NCBI GenBank assembly: GCA_043228905.1
Contig: JBHGNT010000002.1
Coordinates: 16,554,001 to 16,618,000, forward strand
Length of the DNA stretch: 64,000 nt
Source: Azolla caroliniana
Lineage: Eukaryota > Plantae > Polypodiophyta
Direction: 5' to 3'
The notes under the pieces were generated by a model that worked only from the letters and a program-made list of their open reading frames with translations, searched no databases and was not told the origin of the DNA. Position 1 is the stretch's first letter. Each line of letters opens with the position of its first letter. This document shows, piece after piece, positions 10,954-24,325 of the stretch. Made by a program: the position numbers and the translations under genes.

Positions 10954-13900
10954 ATCCCTAGAGTAGGTGAAGTTGAGCTTGTTGAATGAAGAAGCTCGCT
11001 GGAAGGACCGTGAGTCCAATACTGACCAGAAGGCTTTGGTCACGGAAGGTGACACAATTTGGGGAAGAGGCCGAAATTGAAGTCCCCAAAACCGAGATAA
11101 GTCGGGGACCAGGTCGAAGTCGAGGGGGAGACCCACGTGCTTCTATTGTGGGAAGCCAGGGCACTTCCAGAAAAAATGCCGACACTTTCGAAACGAGAAA
11201 GGGGAAACTGATGGTGTAGAGCTGAAGAAAATCCCAAACAGAAAGAACACCTCAACAATCGCCGCGAGTGAGGAGGAGTTGTTGGTCATTAGTGAGCAAA
11301 ACGAAGTGAATCTCACCGGCGAAGAATCGACATGGGTGGTCGATTCGAGTGCGTCATTCCATCTAACCCTTGACCGAAAGTGCTTCTCATCCTACAAAGC
11401 CAAAGATCTCAGATCCATAAAGATGGGAAATGAAGGAGCATGCCGAATTGTCGGCATTGGAGATGTGTCTTTGAACACCTCAACGGGGTGCAGACTCGTG
11501 TTGAGAGATGTACGACACGTTCTGGAGGTTCGATTGAACCTAATATCAGTCAGTCGGCTAGATGATGAAGGCTACATGGGTAGCATCCGAAACGGTGACT
11601 TGAAGTTCCGCCGAGGAAGTCTGATTGTGGCTCGAGCTCGGAAGACCAACACATTGTACATAATGAATGCTCACATATGCCGAGGGGAAGCAAACATGGT
11701 AGCCAACATGGTCGATGAACTGTGGCACAAGAGGTTAGGCCATATGGGCCAGAAGGGGATGTGAAAGCTTGCCGAGGACAACCTCGTTCCTGAGGTGAAG
11801 AACATGCAACTTGAGAAGTGCATAGATTGCTTGGCCGGTAAGCAAAATTGAACATCCTTACAAACGAAGCCCCCGATGAGGAAGAAAATGTCATTGGAAC
11901 TCGTGCATACGGATGTATGCTATGTGGACATGAAGTCGCATGGTGGTTCATAGTATTTCGTGACCTTCATTGATGACTGTAGTAGGAAGTTGTGGGCTTC
12001 CGTTCTAAAGATGAAGGATCAAGTGTTATCCGTCTTCAAAGAGTTCCAAGCAAGGGCTGAGAGAGAAACTGGCCGAAAACAGAAGGCAGTCCGAGCGGAC
12101 AATGGCAGAGAGTACCGTGGACCGTTCGAGGAATATTGCTGAAATCAAGGAATCCGGCTCGAGTATACCATGCCGAAGACGCCAGAGCTTAATGGGCTGA
12201 TCGAGAGAATGAACCGAACCGTAATGGAAAGGGTCCAAAGTATGCTTGCACATGCTAAGTTACCGAAGACATTCTGGGGTGAGACACTGATGAAAATAGC
12301 GTACGTGATAAACCGATCACCCTCAGTACCCTTGGACGGTGATATTCCACAAAGGGTGTGGAGTGGCAAAGATGTATCATACCGACATTTGAGGGTGTTC
12401 GGTTGTCTTGCTTATTTGCATGTGGCAAAGGACCAGAGGGGAAAGTTGGACCCGAAATCTCGGCCATGCATATTTCTGGGCTACGGCAATGATGAATTTG
12501 GCTATCGTCTATGGGACTTAGCCGAGAAGAAAGTAATTAGGAGCTGCAACATTGTCTTCATGGAGGAAAAGACAATAGTTGACTGGGAGATTGAGAATAA
12601 GTCTCCAACTACCGAGTCGACGCTTGGCCGAATCGAGTAGAAGCCGATTCAATCGAAATCGAATCTGAGCCAGTCGGCCGAGTTAATACTCGGTGTTAAT
12701 CCTAAGGCCGGACAACAGCCTAACACAAGGTGTCCACTTAAGACACTTCACCAAAGGGTGTTACAGCAAGATGACTTACGGCACAACGCTTAATTAGACC
12801 TTAATTGATTACTTAGCAACACATCATTAACACGCGTAAGATATAACAATGAGTACAGAACGGTAATCAATACTGAAATATTAAGGCAATAAGTTCTATT
12901 AATTATCCGCTGTCAATTACATTGTAACCAGGCCTTTATATAGGTCTTCGGTGCGAAGTACAAAACGGTGCCAACCGGCACCTTTTCGGGATCAGTCTGG
13001 ATCCGGATCGGCATACCGATTCCGGTCCGTCCGTCCACATCTTCTCATATATTAATATATATTAAGACTACTAATTACAACAGTTCCCGAATAAACTATT
13101 CCTTTCACACTCTGGTTTGGACCTCCTTAAGCCTTCTTGTCGGCCGAGTAACACTCGGCAAAATCGAGAACTGACTGAAGAGTGAGGGGAAACAGACGAA
13201 CAAGGAACCGAATTTGAATCGGTCAAAGAAGCTGAAGAAGAACCGACAGTGCCGAATGGAGGCCGTAGATACCCCTTAAGAGAAAGGAGACCCCCCCGAA
13301 GATTTCCGGATGAAGAGCGTGTACAGCTAATCGATGAGGGGGAGCCGGAAAGCTTTGAAGAAGCCATGGAAGATACCCACAACCAAAAGTGAAAGTGGTT
13401 GAGTGCCATGCAAGAGGAGATGGATTATTTGCATGAGAACCATACATATGAACTGACCGAACTGCCGAGAGGAAAGAAGGCACTTCGGAATAAATGGTAT
13501 ATAAGTTGAAACCGGGAGATGGCAGGAATCCACCCAAGTACAAAGCACGAATCATCAGGAAAGGTTTCCAGCACAAGAAGGGTGTCGATTTCGACGAAAT
13601 ATTTGCCCCGGTCGTAAAGATGATGTCAATCCGAACCATGTTGAGCATCGCGGTCAGCATGGATCTTGAAGTCAAGCAATTGGATTTCAAGACGACGTTT
13701 CTACAAGGTGATCTCGAAGAGGAGATCTATATGCACCAGCCGGAAGGATTTGTAGAGAAAGGCAAAGAGAACCTAGTATGCCGATTAAGGAAGAGCTTGT
13801 ACGGGTTGAAGCAAGCACCTCGGCAATGGTATTGAAAATTCGAATCCTTCATGACCAACAACGGGTACCACAAAACGCAGGCCGATGACTGCGTATTTGT

Positions 13901-14470
13901 GAAGAAATTCGATGGAGGAGATTTCCTCGTCCTTCTGTTGTATGTGAACGACATGTTGATTGTCAGATGGGACCATACAAAGATCCAAGTGCTGAAGAAG
14001 GCCTTGAGAAGATCGTTTTCGATGAAGGATATGGGTCCGACAAAGAAAATCCTGGAGATGCACATTGTTTGGGATCGAACAAAGAAATTGTTGCGGTTGT
14101 CACATGAAAAATACATGACAAAGGTGCTCCAGAGGTTCGGCATGGAAAGCGCGAAACCAGTCGGTTCGACACTGCCAATGAACTGCAAGCTAAGTAAAGA
14201 ACAATGTTCGAAATCGAAAACCAAGAAGGCTGAGATGTCAAAGGTTCCTTATGCCTCGGCAGTCAGAAGTATGATGTACGCGATGGTATGTACCAAGCCG
14301 GACATAGGATACGCAATCGGCGTGGTTAGCCGATATATGAGCAACCCTGGAAGAGAGCATTAAGTTGTTGTAAAGTGGATACTTCGGTACCTAAAAGGCA
14401 CCTCGAACGTGTGTCTCCGTTTCGGTTTAGGTAACCCCACACTGGAAGGTTATACTGACTCGGATATGGA
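10954..14470 (+). mobile_element. Ty1/copia element B, decayed and truncated (gag C-terminus, PR, INT, RT)
   Basis: SLLNEEAR, CFYCG, WVVDSSASFHL, LWHKRLGHM, TFIDDCSRK, FGCLAY...KLDPKSRPC, DFDEIFAPVVKM, LYVND, VPYASAV; same family as 54647-59852. Confidence 0.9.
12694..13153 (-). mobile_element. Solo LTR inserted in copia B
   Basis: TGTTA...TAACA ends; TSD CTCGG (12689-12693 and 13154-13158); TATATAAA on the minus strand. Confidence 0.85.
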
Positions 14471-14479
14471 CATCTTGGC

Positions 14480-14820
14480 GGGTGTCACCAAAGTGTTAAA
14501 AAGGTATTCCTTGAGGACCTAACACTTAAAATCTCCATGATTGCATGTGTTCTCAAATGCATAATATGTTCACTTTCCCGCCTCTAAGTGGTATGTAGCA
14601 CATTCATTCCATCTAAGCTTCGAAGGAACTTCAAGGTCAAGATATTTAAAGCTTTCTACACATTCAAGTGGCTCATTATTGTACAATGGTCTATCGTTTT
14701 TTTGGTTCTTCATAAGCATAATCTTTGTTTTAGTGCTATTGACACTTCATAATTTAGTATGCATGCAAATATTTTCCAATGCCTTCATAAGCTTTTGTGC
14801 ATCTCTCCATATTATCCCCA
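14480..14820 (-). mobile_element. Non-LTR retrotransposon (LINE) RT C-terminal fragment
   Basis: Minus-strand translation SVNSTKTKIML...YNNEPLECVESFKYL resembles the LINE N-x-x-KTK and F-K-Y-L-G motifs. Confidence 0.6.
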
Positions 14821-14821
14821 C

Positions 14822-15330
14822 TGTAACGGACATGCGGAAAGTACTAATAAGGTTTTGTGTGCAGTCCTAACGAAGATCATAACAACCTCCCGATCAGACT
14901 AGAGCACCAAACTACACACCACACTATGGGCTTTTCGTACATCCTACAAGGTTGCCACCTGCCTTTCAAGCTCATATATGGCCAAGAAGTTGTGGTCCCA
15001 ATTGAGTTCCTAGTTACTAGTCTCCAGACCGCGGTTCAAGAATGGTGGGATAGAGACCTCCTACCCTCACGTCTTCGAAAATCTTGAACGCTTGACGGAG
15101 ATCCGATTACTCGCCTTCCAAGCACATTTAGTAGAAAAAGCGAACAAAAAAGCTTGGCATGACAACAAGGTAAAAGATAAGGACGTGGTGGAAGGTGATA
15201 TGGACCTCAAAATTCACTTCCCATCAACATAAGAAGAGAAGCTCAAGCTACAAGGGGAAAGACCTTATATCACCTACAACGATCACAAAGAGCAGGGCAT
15301 GTAGATTACGCACACTCGATGGAACTAACA
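14822..15330 (+). mobile_element. Ty3/gypsy integrase fragment
   Basis: CNGHAESTNKVL, WAFRTSYK, PFKLIYGQEVVVPIEF. Confidence 0.7.
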
Positions 15331-15514
15331 TTCCATACAACATAAGTTCGCCAAAATTGCCAAATCAACATTCCTATGGAGTTGTCGTGTTATCCCACAG
15401 ACTCCATCCAACAAGAACCCATTTCTCATGGTCGAATCAAACCACATCCCCCAAAAACTTAAGCAATAAAACCACCCAAGAAACAAAAACCACCTTTTTT
15501 TTGTTGTCTCCCCC

Positions 15515-15517
<3 letters not shown>

Positions 15518-15548
<31 letters not shown>
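15518..15548. repeat. (GA)n microsatellite upstream of the BTA1-like gene
   Basis: About 15 GA units. Confidence 0.9.
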
Positions 15549-15550
<2 letters not shown>

Positions 15551-15711
15551 AAAACCAGGCAGACATGGAATATGCAGCCAAAGATTCTCCTCACTATCAC
15601 TCTCTCAATCTAATCTAAAGTGATGGTAAAGCTCACACTCACAGCTTCAGATCTTCTTCTTCTGATCTTCTGCATTCTCCTTCGTTTCCTCCATCTTCCT
15701 GGTGTGTCATC

Positions 15712-18700
15712 ATGTTGCAGGAGAGATTGCAAGACCTTCATGTGTTGAAATCCATATGGTTCCCAAAGATCTCTGGGACCTCTCACAAAGAACGCCTCGA
15801 GAGCTTCTATGCTCCACAGGCTGATGCGTGTAAGTCCTTCCTACCCTTTTCTGTTCTTCAATGCCATATCGACTCTCTTCTCTCTCTCTCTTCTGGCACG
15901 CGATAAATAATTCTACAAGGTAAATAATCTATACTAACCTATCGTGCTTTTTTTTTTTGTGCATAAGAGATTTCTGAGACAGAAATAATCTCTTCCGTTT
16001 CTTAACTGCAAAACATTTCACGTGAAATTTCCCTTTTTTCATATTTCTGTTCGGGAGATGTCCGACAATTTCTTTGTGGTCGTCTTTAAATGCAGATGAC
16101 CATTTCAGATCTCGCTTCCTTCATGGAAGAGACGGGATGCTCAAGTCTTGTGCAAAGAAAATGCTCGAGCTAGCGGATCCCACTGGTCTTGTATGGGTCG
16201 ATCTTGGAGGTGGAACAGCTGAAAATGTGAAGACAATGTCTAAATACATAGATCTCTCCAAGTTTGAGAAGATTTATGTGGTAGATATATGTGGGCCTCT
16301 GTGTGATGTGGCGAAGAAGAAAGCTACTGCCCTTGGATGGAACAATGTGGAAATAGTAGAAGCTGATGTGTGTGAATTTGAGCCAGAGAGAAAACCGGCT
16401 ACTCTAATCACTTTCTCATACTCTCTGAGCAGTAAGTTCATTTTTTTCCTTATACAACTATTACCACATTTACTTCATTGACGTTCAGAAAAATTTCTTC
16501 CTATTTGTATGCATATTGTGGATTTTAAAATAATGGTATTTTTCATGCACTATAAGAATGCATTCTTAAGGATTGTTGTTATGTTACTTTAGTTATCGGA
16601 AATGTTCTATGGTTTTGCGTCTAATGGGGATGTTATAGTAATTTGTTGCACAGTATCAAGAATCTATCCTGCAGCACTATTGTCACATTACTTCAATTAT
16701 TCAGAAAGTTTACTCCACGTTGTAAGTATGCATCCGTAATGTGGATGTTATAGGTTATTGCTGCACAGTGGAAGAGTGTTTCCTTAAGCATAATTGTTAC
16801 ACACCTTCAGTTATTCAGAAATGTTTTCTCTACATCTGCGTTTGTGTTGTGTATGCACATAACACGGAAGTTACAGTCATATTTGTATACTGTATAAGAA
16901 TGTTCTTGTTCTGTGATGGACTCTGTTAACTAGGAAACTAGGAAATAGTTAAACAGAAAACCCATAGTGAAGGAGAATATTTAGGGAGTCTTAAATTACC
17001 CAAGTCATCCAGAATATGGATGTTCCATTATGCTTTTTGTACAATATCAATACAGTGGAGCTCAAGTTCTCTTCAATAATTAAATCCATGTGCAAATTAA
17101 GTACCGCTCTGTTTCCGGGAGTGCTTTTTCTTTTGTAGCATGTCCTGTGCCTTTTATTCATAATGTTCACTATAAGTATTGTCTAGATCTAGACACTGTT
17201 GAGAAGGTTTATAAAAGGACTAGTCACAGCAGGTGCGGTATTCATGCTTTTGTTATGACATTATTGAATAACTTATAATTTTTATTCAATTATTTGCTCT
17301 TCTGAAACTTTCCCAGGGCCAACAATTTCTGGACCATGGGAGCCCAAGGCAAGCAAATTACCAGAAGCTCTGAAATTTGTGGGTCCCATATCTGATTTGC
17401 TCTTTCTTTACTTTGCCCAGTGACATGTACCTTGGAAGCCATACATGCAGATATTAGTTGTTGAAATAGGCTTAAAGTGTTGTCTTTCTTTTTAGGATCG
17501 GGGCATTGTCTTATTGTATCCTATCGATAATGAACCAAGGCACCAGTCCTTGTGGGCAACAAGGGTAAACGGTCTTTTGCTCGGGAGCAGTCTAGCTTCT
17601 TGGACGTTAACTTAAGAAGTCTCCCTGGATGTTTCTTTGTTATATAAGATTTGTCCAGTGTGAAATTGAAACCAAATCCATACTTCGACGGGTGTTTTAC
17701 TACTGTTTTCCACATGCTTAATTCATGATTACTCAATAAAAGATTTGCAGCTCAAGAATCTCATGATGATTTAGCATTGCCTTTTGTTTCCTCTTATGCA
17801 TCATGTTGATGGTCGTTCATTCCTCTCAGATGGGAAACTAACAAGGACATACCATTGATTCTCCCCCTGTGGACACTTGGTTGTATGCCTGTTCCAAATG
17901 GAAGTTTCGTTCTTCACCAGGCACAACCGATATATGTCCCTCCCCTCCAATTCATGCCCCTTACATTAGCTTCCCCTTCATTCCCTTTTAAGCTTCTTCC
18001 TTGCTTGTCTTCCTTTCCTTTCCTTTCCTTTCCTTTCCTTTCCTTTCCTTTCCCTCCCCTCCCTTATGTCTTCATCTTCATCAATCCGCTTGTTTCCCAC
18101 CTCATGTCCTCCCGCATTCCCTTGCTCACTGTTATTCTATCTTCATCTGCTCTGATCCGCTCGTTACCCGCTTCATATTCTCCTTCATTTCCTTGCCCAT
18201 TCTTATTCTGGTCCAGCCCCTTTTCCACATGGTGCTTTCCTTGCCTTATTCTTCTTCATTGTCTTCCTTCTCTTTTGCATTCTTCACCTTGTCTCTCTAT
18301 TCTTCTCTTTATCCTCTCTTCTTGCTTTACCTGTAATTCTCTCCTCCTCTACATGGTTTTCTTGCTCTTCTTTCCCTTCTTTGTTTGCTTATATCTTTTC
18401 TGTTTTTTTCTCTTCCTTCCTCATTCTCATTTCTGCCTTCTTCTCTCCATCTTTGATGTGCCTGTTTTGAAGATCTTTTGAAACCATAAGTTTCAGTCGA
18501 GTGAAACTCAGGATGGTAATTGCCTAGGTAATGAGAATATCTGGTACCTTCGGCAATTTTACTAATTTTATTGCTCTTTATTTTGGTTTGTTGTTTCTCA
18601 AAGATGAAACTACATTCTAGAAGACATTAATAAATCTTTCTTTCTACTCTTTCTCATTTCTGCTATGTTATTCGGTATTGTATACACTATCTCCGTACCT

Positions 18701-20357
18701 TATTTCTGCATCATTTTGTGCATCATCTTCATTCTCATCTTCTTGTTGCCCTCCAGCACTTAATCCTCTTGTTCCAGGTCCATGTGCTCATCACCCTCTT
18801 TGGTGCCTCATGCCATAAATTTTCCCTTTCTACTCAACACTGCTCCTGTTCTACTTCCTGCCTGGAAGCCATGAATTGCTGTCCCAGCCATTCATCCTCT
18901 GCATACGTAGTTTGTTTCTCCTGCTGTAGGTTCCTTATAGTTGCCTTCCTCTTTAGCACTTCCAAGTTATTGGTGCCCAGAGTTTCATGCTTGGTTTTCT
19001 TATTGTTGAGCCAGGATTACAATCCTGGTTCTTCATTGTTCAGTTCTGCCCATGTCTCCCTCAGGACTGAACATTCAATGAAAAGCTTCTGCTTGACATT
19101 GGTTTGGAGTTCCTTGTCGCATGTTTAGAGCTCCATTGAGAGTTGGCCAATCAGTTTTGAAGCCACCAGTCAATTCTGTAGCTATTGTATGCACCACCCT
19201 CACATCTCACAGTGTAGATGGCAAGAACAGCATGACCACCATTTCCTTAAGCTGAGTGTTCAGACCAGCAGAAAGGGCATGTGGAGTATTTCCAGCGATA
19301 AAGGTACCTTCAACTGATCTTTCCACCATCAAATTGTGATGTGCCACACTTCTTGAGTCTTGTTTGCTTCCACCTTGTTGCCGGGGTGACCTTCTGTGTG
19401 ATATTAAATGCTTGTTTGTCCCAACCATTCTGTTGATGGTGGTATTGATGTTTACGGGTTGTAGATATTTGTCAATGGCAGGGGTTATTTTACAATGTTT
19501 CTTGTCTAATATACATATATTAATCTTGATTTTCTCAGTGATTCCTCCATTTATGGATGCTGTTGACAAATCTCTCTCCTATTTGGATCAAGAGAGAGGT
19601 ATATTGGGTATAGCAGATTTCTATACATCACTTAAGTATGATATTCCTATTCGGCAGCACAGCTATGTGTGCAGATGGTTTTGGAGAACTATCTTCGACT
19701 TAGACAGTATTGACCTCGGACCAGCGAGGAGGCAATATCTTGATCACCATCTTGAGCAAGGTAAAGAGTTGTAGTGCTTTAATATATTTTTATTTGCTTC
19801 ATGTTTTTTGCACATACACATCAAAGAGAATGTGGAGTTAACTTTATAAGAACATTTTATTTGTCATGGTGTTCTTGCATGCACATATGAGAGAGAATGT
19901 GGGACTGTGTATGAGGTGTTAATTGAAGTATTTTGTAAATTACAACTACTGTCAATGATATTCTGGCGTACAGTTTGGAGAGAATATGTGGAGTTATATT
20001 ATATATATAGGGTGCTCAATTATTTTCATGGTATTCTGGTTTTATTTACCCCTAGGATTAGGGTAGAAAATGTGTAGTTAAATATATTGTGCTCAATTAT
20101 TTTCATTGTATTCTGGTTTACATACCCCTGGGAGAGACAATATGAAGTTATATCGTAAGGTGCTTATTATATACAGAGTTTGTAGCTTAGAAATGGTTCA
20201 ACATAATGGAAGTAAAAGCATTCATGTTTTTCTTGCAGTTTATGAAGAGAACAAATGTGGGGGTATCCCGTATGTACCACTTTTGAAAGTCCCATATTAT
20301 ATCTGGCTGGGCCGGAAGAAATCAGAATCATCACCAAGTGAAAATGGACATGAATAA
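15712..20357 (+). CDS. BTA1: BTA1-like protein containing only the N-terminal BtaB-type SAM-dependent N-methyltransferase domain (DGTS betaine-lipid synthesis); exons 15712-15829, 16096-16431, 19539-19760, 20239-20357; 264 aa
   Basis: Closely resembles the Chlamydomonas BTA1 N-terminus (RLESFYAPQADAYDHFRSRFLHGR, WVDLGGGTAEN, LITFSYSLSMIPPF, ADFY, RQYL, IPYVP-L-PYYIWLGR); three GT-AG introns in consistent phase; 795 nt with no internal stop. Confidence 0.9.
18010..18055. repeat. (TTTCC)n pentanucleotide repeat within a pyrimidine-rich intronic tract
   Basis: About 8 units in intron 2. Confidence 0.85.
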
Positions 20358-21627
20358 ATTCATATCCATCTTTTGTTTTCACAAGTGAATCTATTGTAAC
20401 TCATTTTATAGTTTTAAGTAGTGTGTGGAGGCAGGGTGTGGTGTACATATACAGCTCTCTCATGCAGCCAGCCATGCTGTTGTGATTTTGCAGTTCTAGG
20501 TGCAATTATTAGTCTTGAATAAATCAGTTTTTTCCCGTGAATGTCTGATGTAGTCCTTAAATGATTAATGGAAAATAACTTTCAATGTTCTTTTCAATTT
20601 CTTGGCAAATGATTCGTCAGTAGCCCAAAACAACTTTCCTGCTCTTTTCAATTTAGCCCAATCTGTGGTCAATGGTCATCAAAGGTGTGTTGTCTATATA
20701 CGACTCTCTCATGCTGTTTGTCTTTTTGCTTTGAGTAGCAATAATTAAAATGTAGAATCAATCGGTTTTTTCTTGGATGCCTCTTATGTAGTCCTAAAAT
20801 TATTGTGCAACATAACTTCTCATGGTTTAGCCTTTAGCCCATGCTGTGGTCATCAAAGGTGTGGTATCCATAAACTACTCATTTCCAGTAGCAATTATTA
20901 ATGTTGAATAAATCAGTTTTTCCTTGAATGCGTTAAATGACTCATGTAATATAACTTTTCCTGTTCTTAAATTTTTTGGTCATTAGCCCAATCTGTGGTC
21001 ATCTCAAGAGTGCATAATGTGGATTAATGTTATGAAGATTAGAGCATTGTGTATAAGATTTGGTACACTATTTTTTGTGTTCATATTATTATATTAGATT
21101 CTCTCACAAAATTAACAAACTTGCTTTATCCAACAATTTTTGGTATAGTGCAAGTTATCTCATGATCGCAATGTGATCAGGGATAAGTTATCCTTGTGGT
21201 ATCACTGTCATACAATCAGGGTAACCTGATATTTATGCTAAAATCACAGAAAACAAATAAGGATTACAATCTGCTAATTTCATGGATTTGTCGGCACATG
21301 TTCTTGCTTTAAAATGTGTAGTTAATTATCATTAATGTCATGTATCACTCAAGTATATTGCAACCAATATTTTAGAATTACCAACCCCTGCAGGTTTTAA
21401 ATTATTCAAGAATCAGTGGATGCAAAATGGTGGCAAAATTTGCACCAAAAGGTGCAGTTTTATTCACTGGTGTAAATGGGGGCATAATTTTGCACCAAAA
21501 GATGCAGTTTTATTTACTGAAGCCTGCATCTTCTTATAACTCTAAATAGATGTGTCTCTAACTCACCTTTGAGTCAGTTATAACATTAGAAATCTTATTG
21601 CAAATATAAGAAAACCTTAAAAAACGA

Positions 21628-24004
21628 TCAAAATCTTTGTCCACCTCGACGCTTGCTGGTTCCACATCTTCCCCTTTGATTACCCCTACCCCCTCCAGTG
21701 CCGCTACCATGCCGTCCACCTCTACTACTATCATTGCTACTTTTGTGCTTACCTCCACTTTTGTGCTTGCCTTTACCACCACCACTTTGTGGTTTGAATT
21801 CCTCTGGAAGCGGTAAGATATTATCCACGCATTTCCTATAACTAAAATCATCCATTGAACCATCCTTGCGAATAATATAGTAGCAACGGCTGTAGAACAA
21901 GGGATTCATCCGTAGCTGAAATGCTTTGATTCCTCCACCGATTTTGTTCTGGGGATCCTGATGCCCTTTCTTTATCAAGTCTTCAAGTACCAGAAATTCA
22001 TACTGAAAAAATATATATGAACTGCTCAATAAACTCCAAAAAAGATGAGAAAAAACAAGAAAATAGATTTACCTCTGTGCTACGGTGTTGAAAGACACAT
22101 ATATAAGATAGAAGGCTACTCAGACAGTATAGAAAAGAGAAAGAAACTATCTTGTTTTGTAAAAAGGAAACAGAATCACTCATGATCTTGCATGTTGAAA
22201 GATCACATACTTCAGAGTGCATACTCAGTTGATTGTACTAAGACAGGACGAGAGAGGTATAATGCTCACATTATATCACATTTCTTATTTGATCATCTAT
22301 AAGATTCCACATTTTATCACATAAATCAAAATGTGTAAAGGTTCTGCATTGATCAAACAAATCATGCATTAGTTTCTGATTGTATCCAGATGAGACAGGA
22401 GACCAATCATGTTTTCTGAACAAATAAAACACATTCATGTACTAATTTATGGTATGTTCAGTGTTGAAAAATTTCATATTTGGTTGCATAAAGCATGAAA
22501 ATCCACATGCTATCATATAAATCATACAAAAGTTTGAAGGTTCAACACATGAACACATAAATCAAGAACAAGATTTCACATTTCATGATAGCGGATGTAA
22601 AAGATGTTGAATCCAAGTATTTGTGCAATATCAAACAAACCATTGCACATATGAAGGTATGACATGTTGAAATGCTTCACAATTGATTAAACAGCATATG
22701 AGATATAAATCATATATAAGAATGAAATTGCCAGGCTTGATCACATAAATCAAGCCTATAGTTTCACGTTTGATCACATCGATCATGCACAAGATGCCAC
22801 ATTTGATCACGCAAAGGATGATTATAAACATAACTAAGCGAGGACAACTAGAACATGTAATTTATATTATTTTAGTTCCTTCCATTAGCAAGACAAAAGA
22901 AACAAGAAAACGTTCAATCCAACAGACATTTAAGATGTAGATTCACACTCTCCAGTAAAACTGAGGTCTAAACACAATACAAACAATCTAAAGTCCAGTC
23001 ATTCACTAACAAGATTCATACGGCCCAAATAATCTCCATATGATTAGTTATCAGTATTGATTCATTCAAACAAAGGTAGGCCAATAGCACTGCATATAGC
23101 ATCAAATAAAGTGGTATATAAGGTAAACATGGCAATCAGTTGCATACATTTTAGTAATTATTTCATAACTTGCTTTCTCGAATTTTTTATGAACGGAATG
23201 AGATTTGACAAAAAAATATACATAAAAATCTTCAAGATTCCTCTGAATTTGCAGTATTCTCGTAACCTTGTATAGTTTCACAAATGAGACGGATTAAATT
23301 GTGACCTGTAAATTGATGCTATATTCCCATAATTTTCTATTTTCACGCATGAAAAGCATTCCTATAAATCTGTGACATTTTCTCATAATTTTCTATCATT
23401 TCAAGAATGGAGGGGGAATCCAACAACTTGTCATTGACGCTACTTGAAGTTCTCAGAAATAAATCAGCTAGCAAATAAAGACAGACATGACATGTCATAT
23501 ACACACGAAAACACAGTACATACCACAAGCATTACGCAGAAAAACGAATAAGAAAGTTCCGGATCTGCATAAGAAATTTTAAAAGAGAAGAAAACATTGA
23601 TCAATTACCTTATTAACATTGCAATCGATGGGCCAACTTCGAGCAAGATCTCGGAAATAATTCAGCATATCCACGGAAGATGTAAACAGTTTAGGTCCAA
23701 GCTTAGCGTCCGCAGCATGAACCTCTTGTTCTCCTTCTCGTACATGGGACGTTGCTCCCGTTTTCTCTCCAATTTCTTCTGATGCTTTCTTTTTATCTTT
23801 TGATTTCTCTGAATCCACAACATGACCTTCGGTATGCACAGTACTTTCTGACTTTGCTTGCGTTAGTACCTCCTTCATCTCTACCTCATCTTCTTTCTGC
23901 CCTCCTTCTTCAGGTCGAAGCTTTTTTGTCTCGTTCTCAACATCACTGCCTTCTTCTCTTGTTCTCTTTGGAGCGTCTGGGTCGGCGATGGTCTCCGTCG
24001 CCAT
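21628..24004 (-). CDS. DOM1: DOMINO1/EMB514-like DCL (DUF3223) domain protein; exons 24004-23609 and 22002-21628; 256 aa
   Basis: KLGPKLFTSSVDMLNYF...WP...NK|YEFLVLEDLIKKGH...KIGGGIKAFQ...SRCYYIIRKDGSMDDFSYRKCVD; acidic N-terminus; Gly/Arg-rich C-terminus; phase-0 GT-AG intron. Confidence 0.9.
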
Positions 24005-24035
24005 CTCGAGCTCTCCTTCTTTCCTTCAGCAGCTC

Positions 24036-24037
<2 letters not shown>

Positions 24038-24067
<30 letters not shown>
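24038..24067. repeat. (CT/GA)n microsatellite in the probable 5' UTR of the DOM1-like gene
   Basis: About 15 units, 34 bp upstream of the ATG. Confidence 0.9.
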
Positions 24068-24071
<4 letters not shown>

Positions 24072-24325
24072 TCTAAAACCCTAAGCCAGAAGAGCTCTTC
24101 TACGTGGGGTTTTAGTGCTAATCCGGCAGTTTCATTATTTCCCATAACGCCCTCCAATTTTCTATTATTCCTCGAAATACCCTCCATCGTCTCATTAACC
24201 GGGGCCGGTGCAAAAACTTCTATAGAAGAAGAAGAACACACTAAATGTTTGCTTGGAAAGGCAATGCCTCGGGTTGTTTTTTTATAACACTTGTTGTGTC
24301 TTGTTGAATTTCTGTTGGTTGACTA

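Noticed and set aside
12673-13158. Apparent ~20-bp target duplication (GTCGGCCGAGT-AA-ACTCGG) around the solo LTR
   Set aside because: TG...CA ends with a standard 5-bp TSD explain the junctions; the extra similarity is probably coincidental.
17855-19370. Long hydrophobic ORFs in intron 2 of the BTA1-like gene
   Set aside because: Low-complexity pyrimidine-rich sequence lacks stop codons by composition; no recognisable domain, and no BtaA similarity seen.
21558-21863. Overlapping 101-aa ORF and other short antisense ORFs across the window
   Set aside because: These are alternative-frame or antisense shadows of the DOM1-like exon and of retroelement coding regions.
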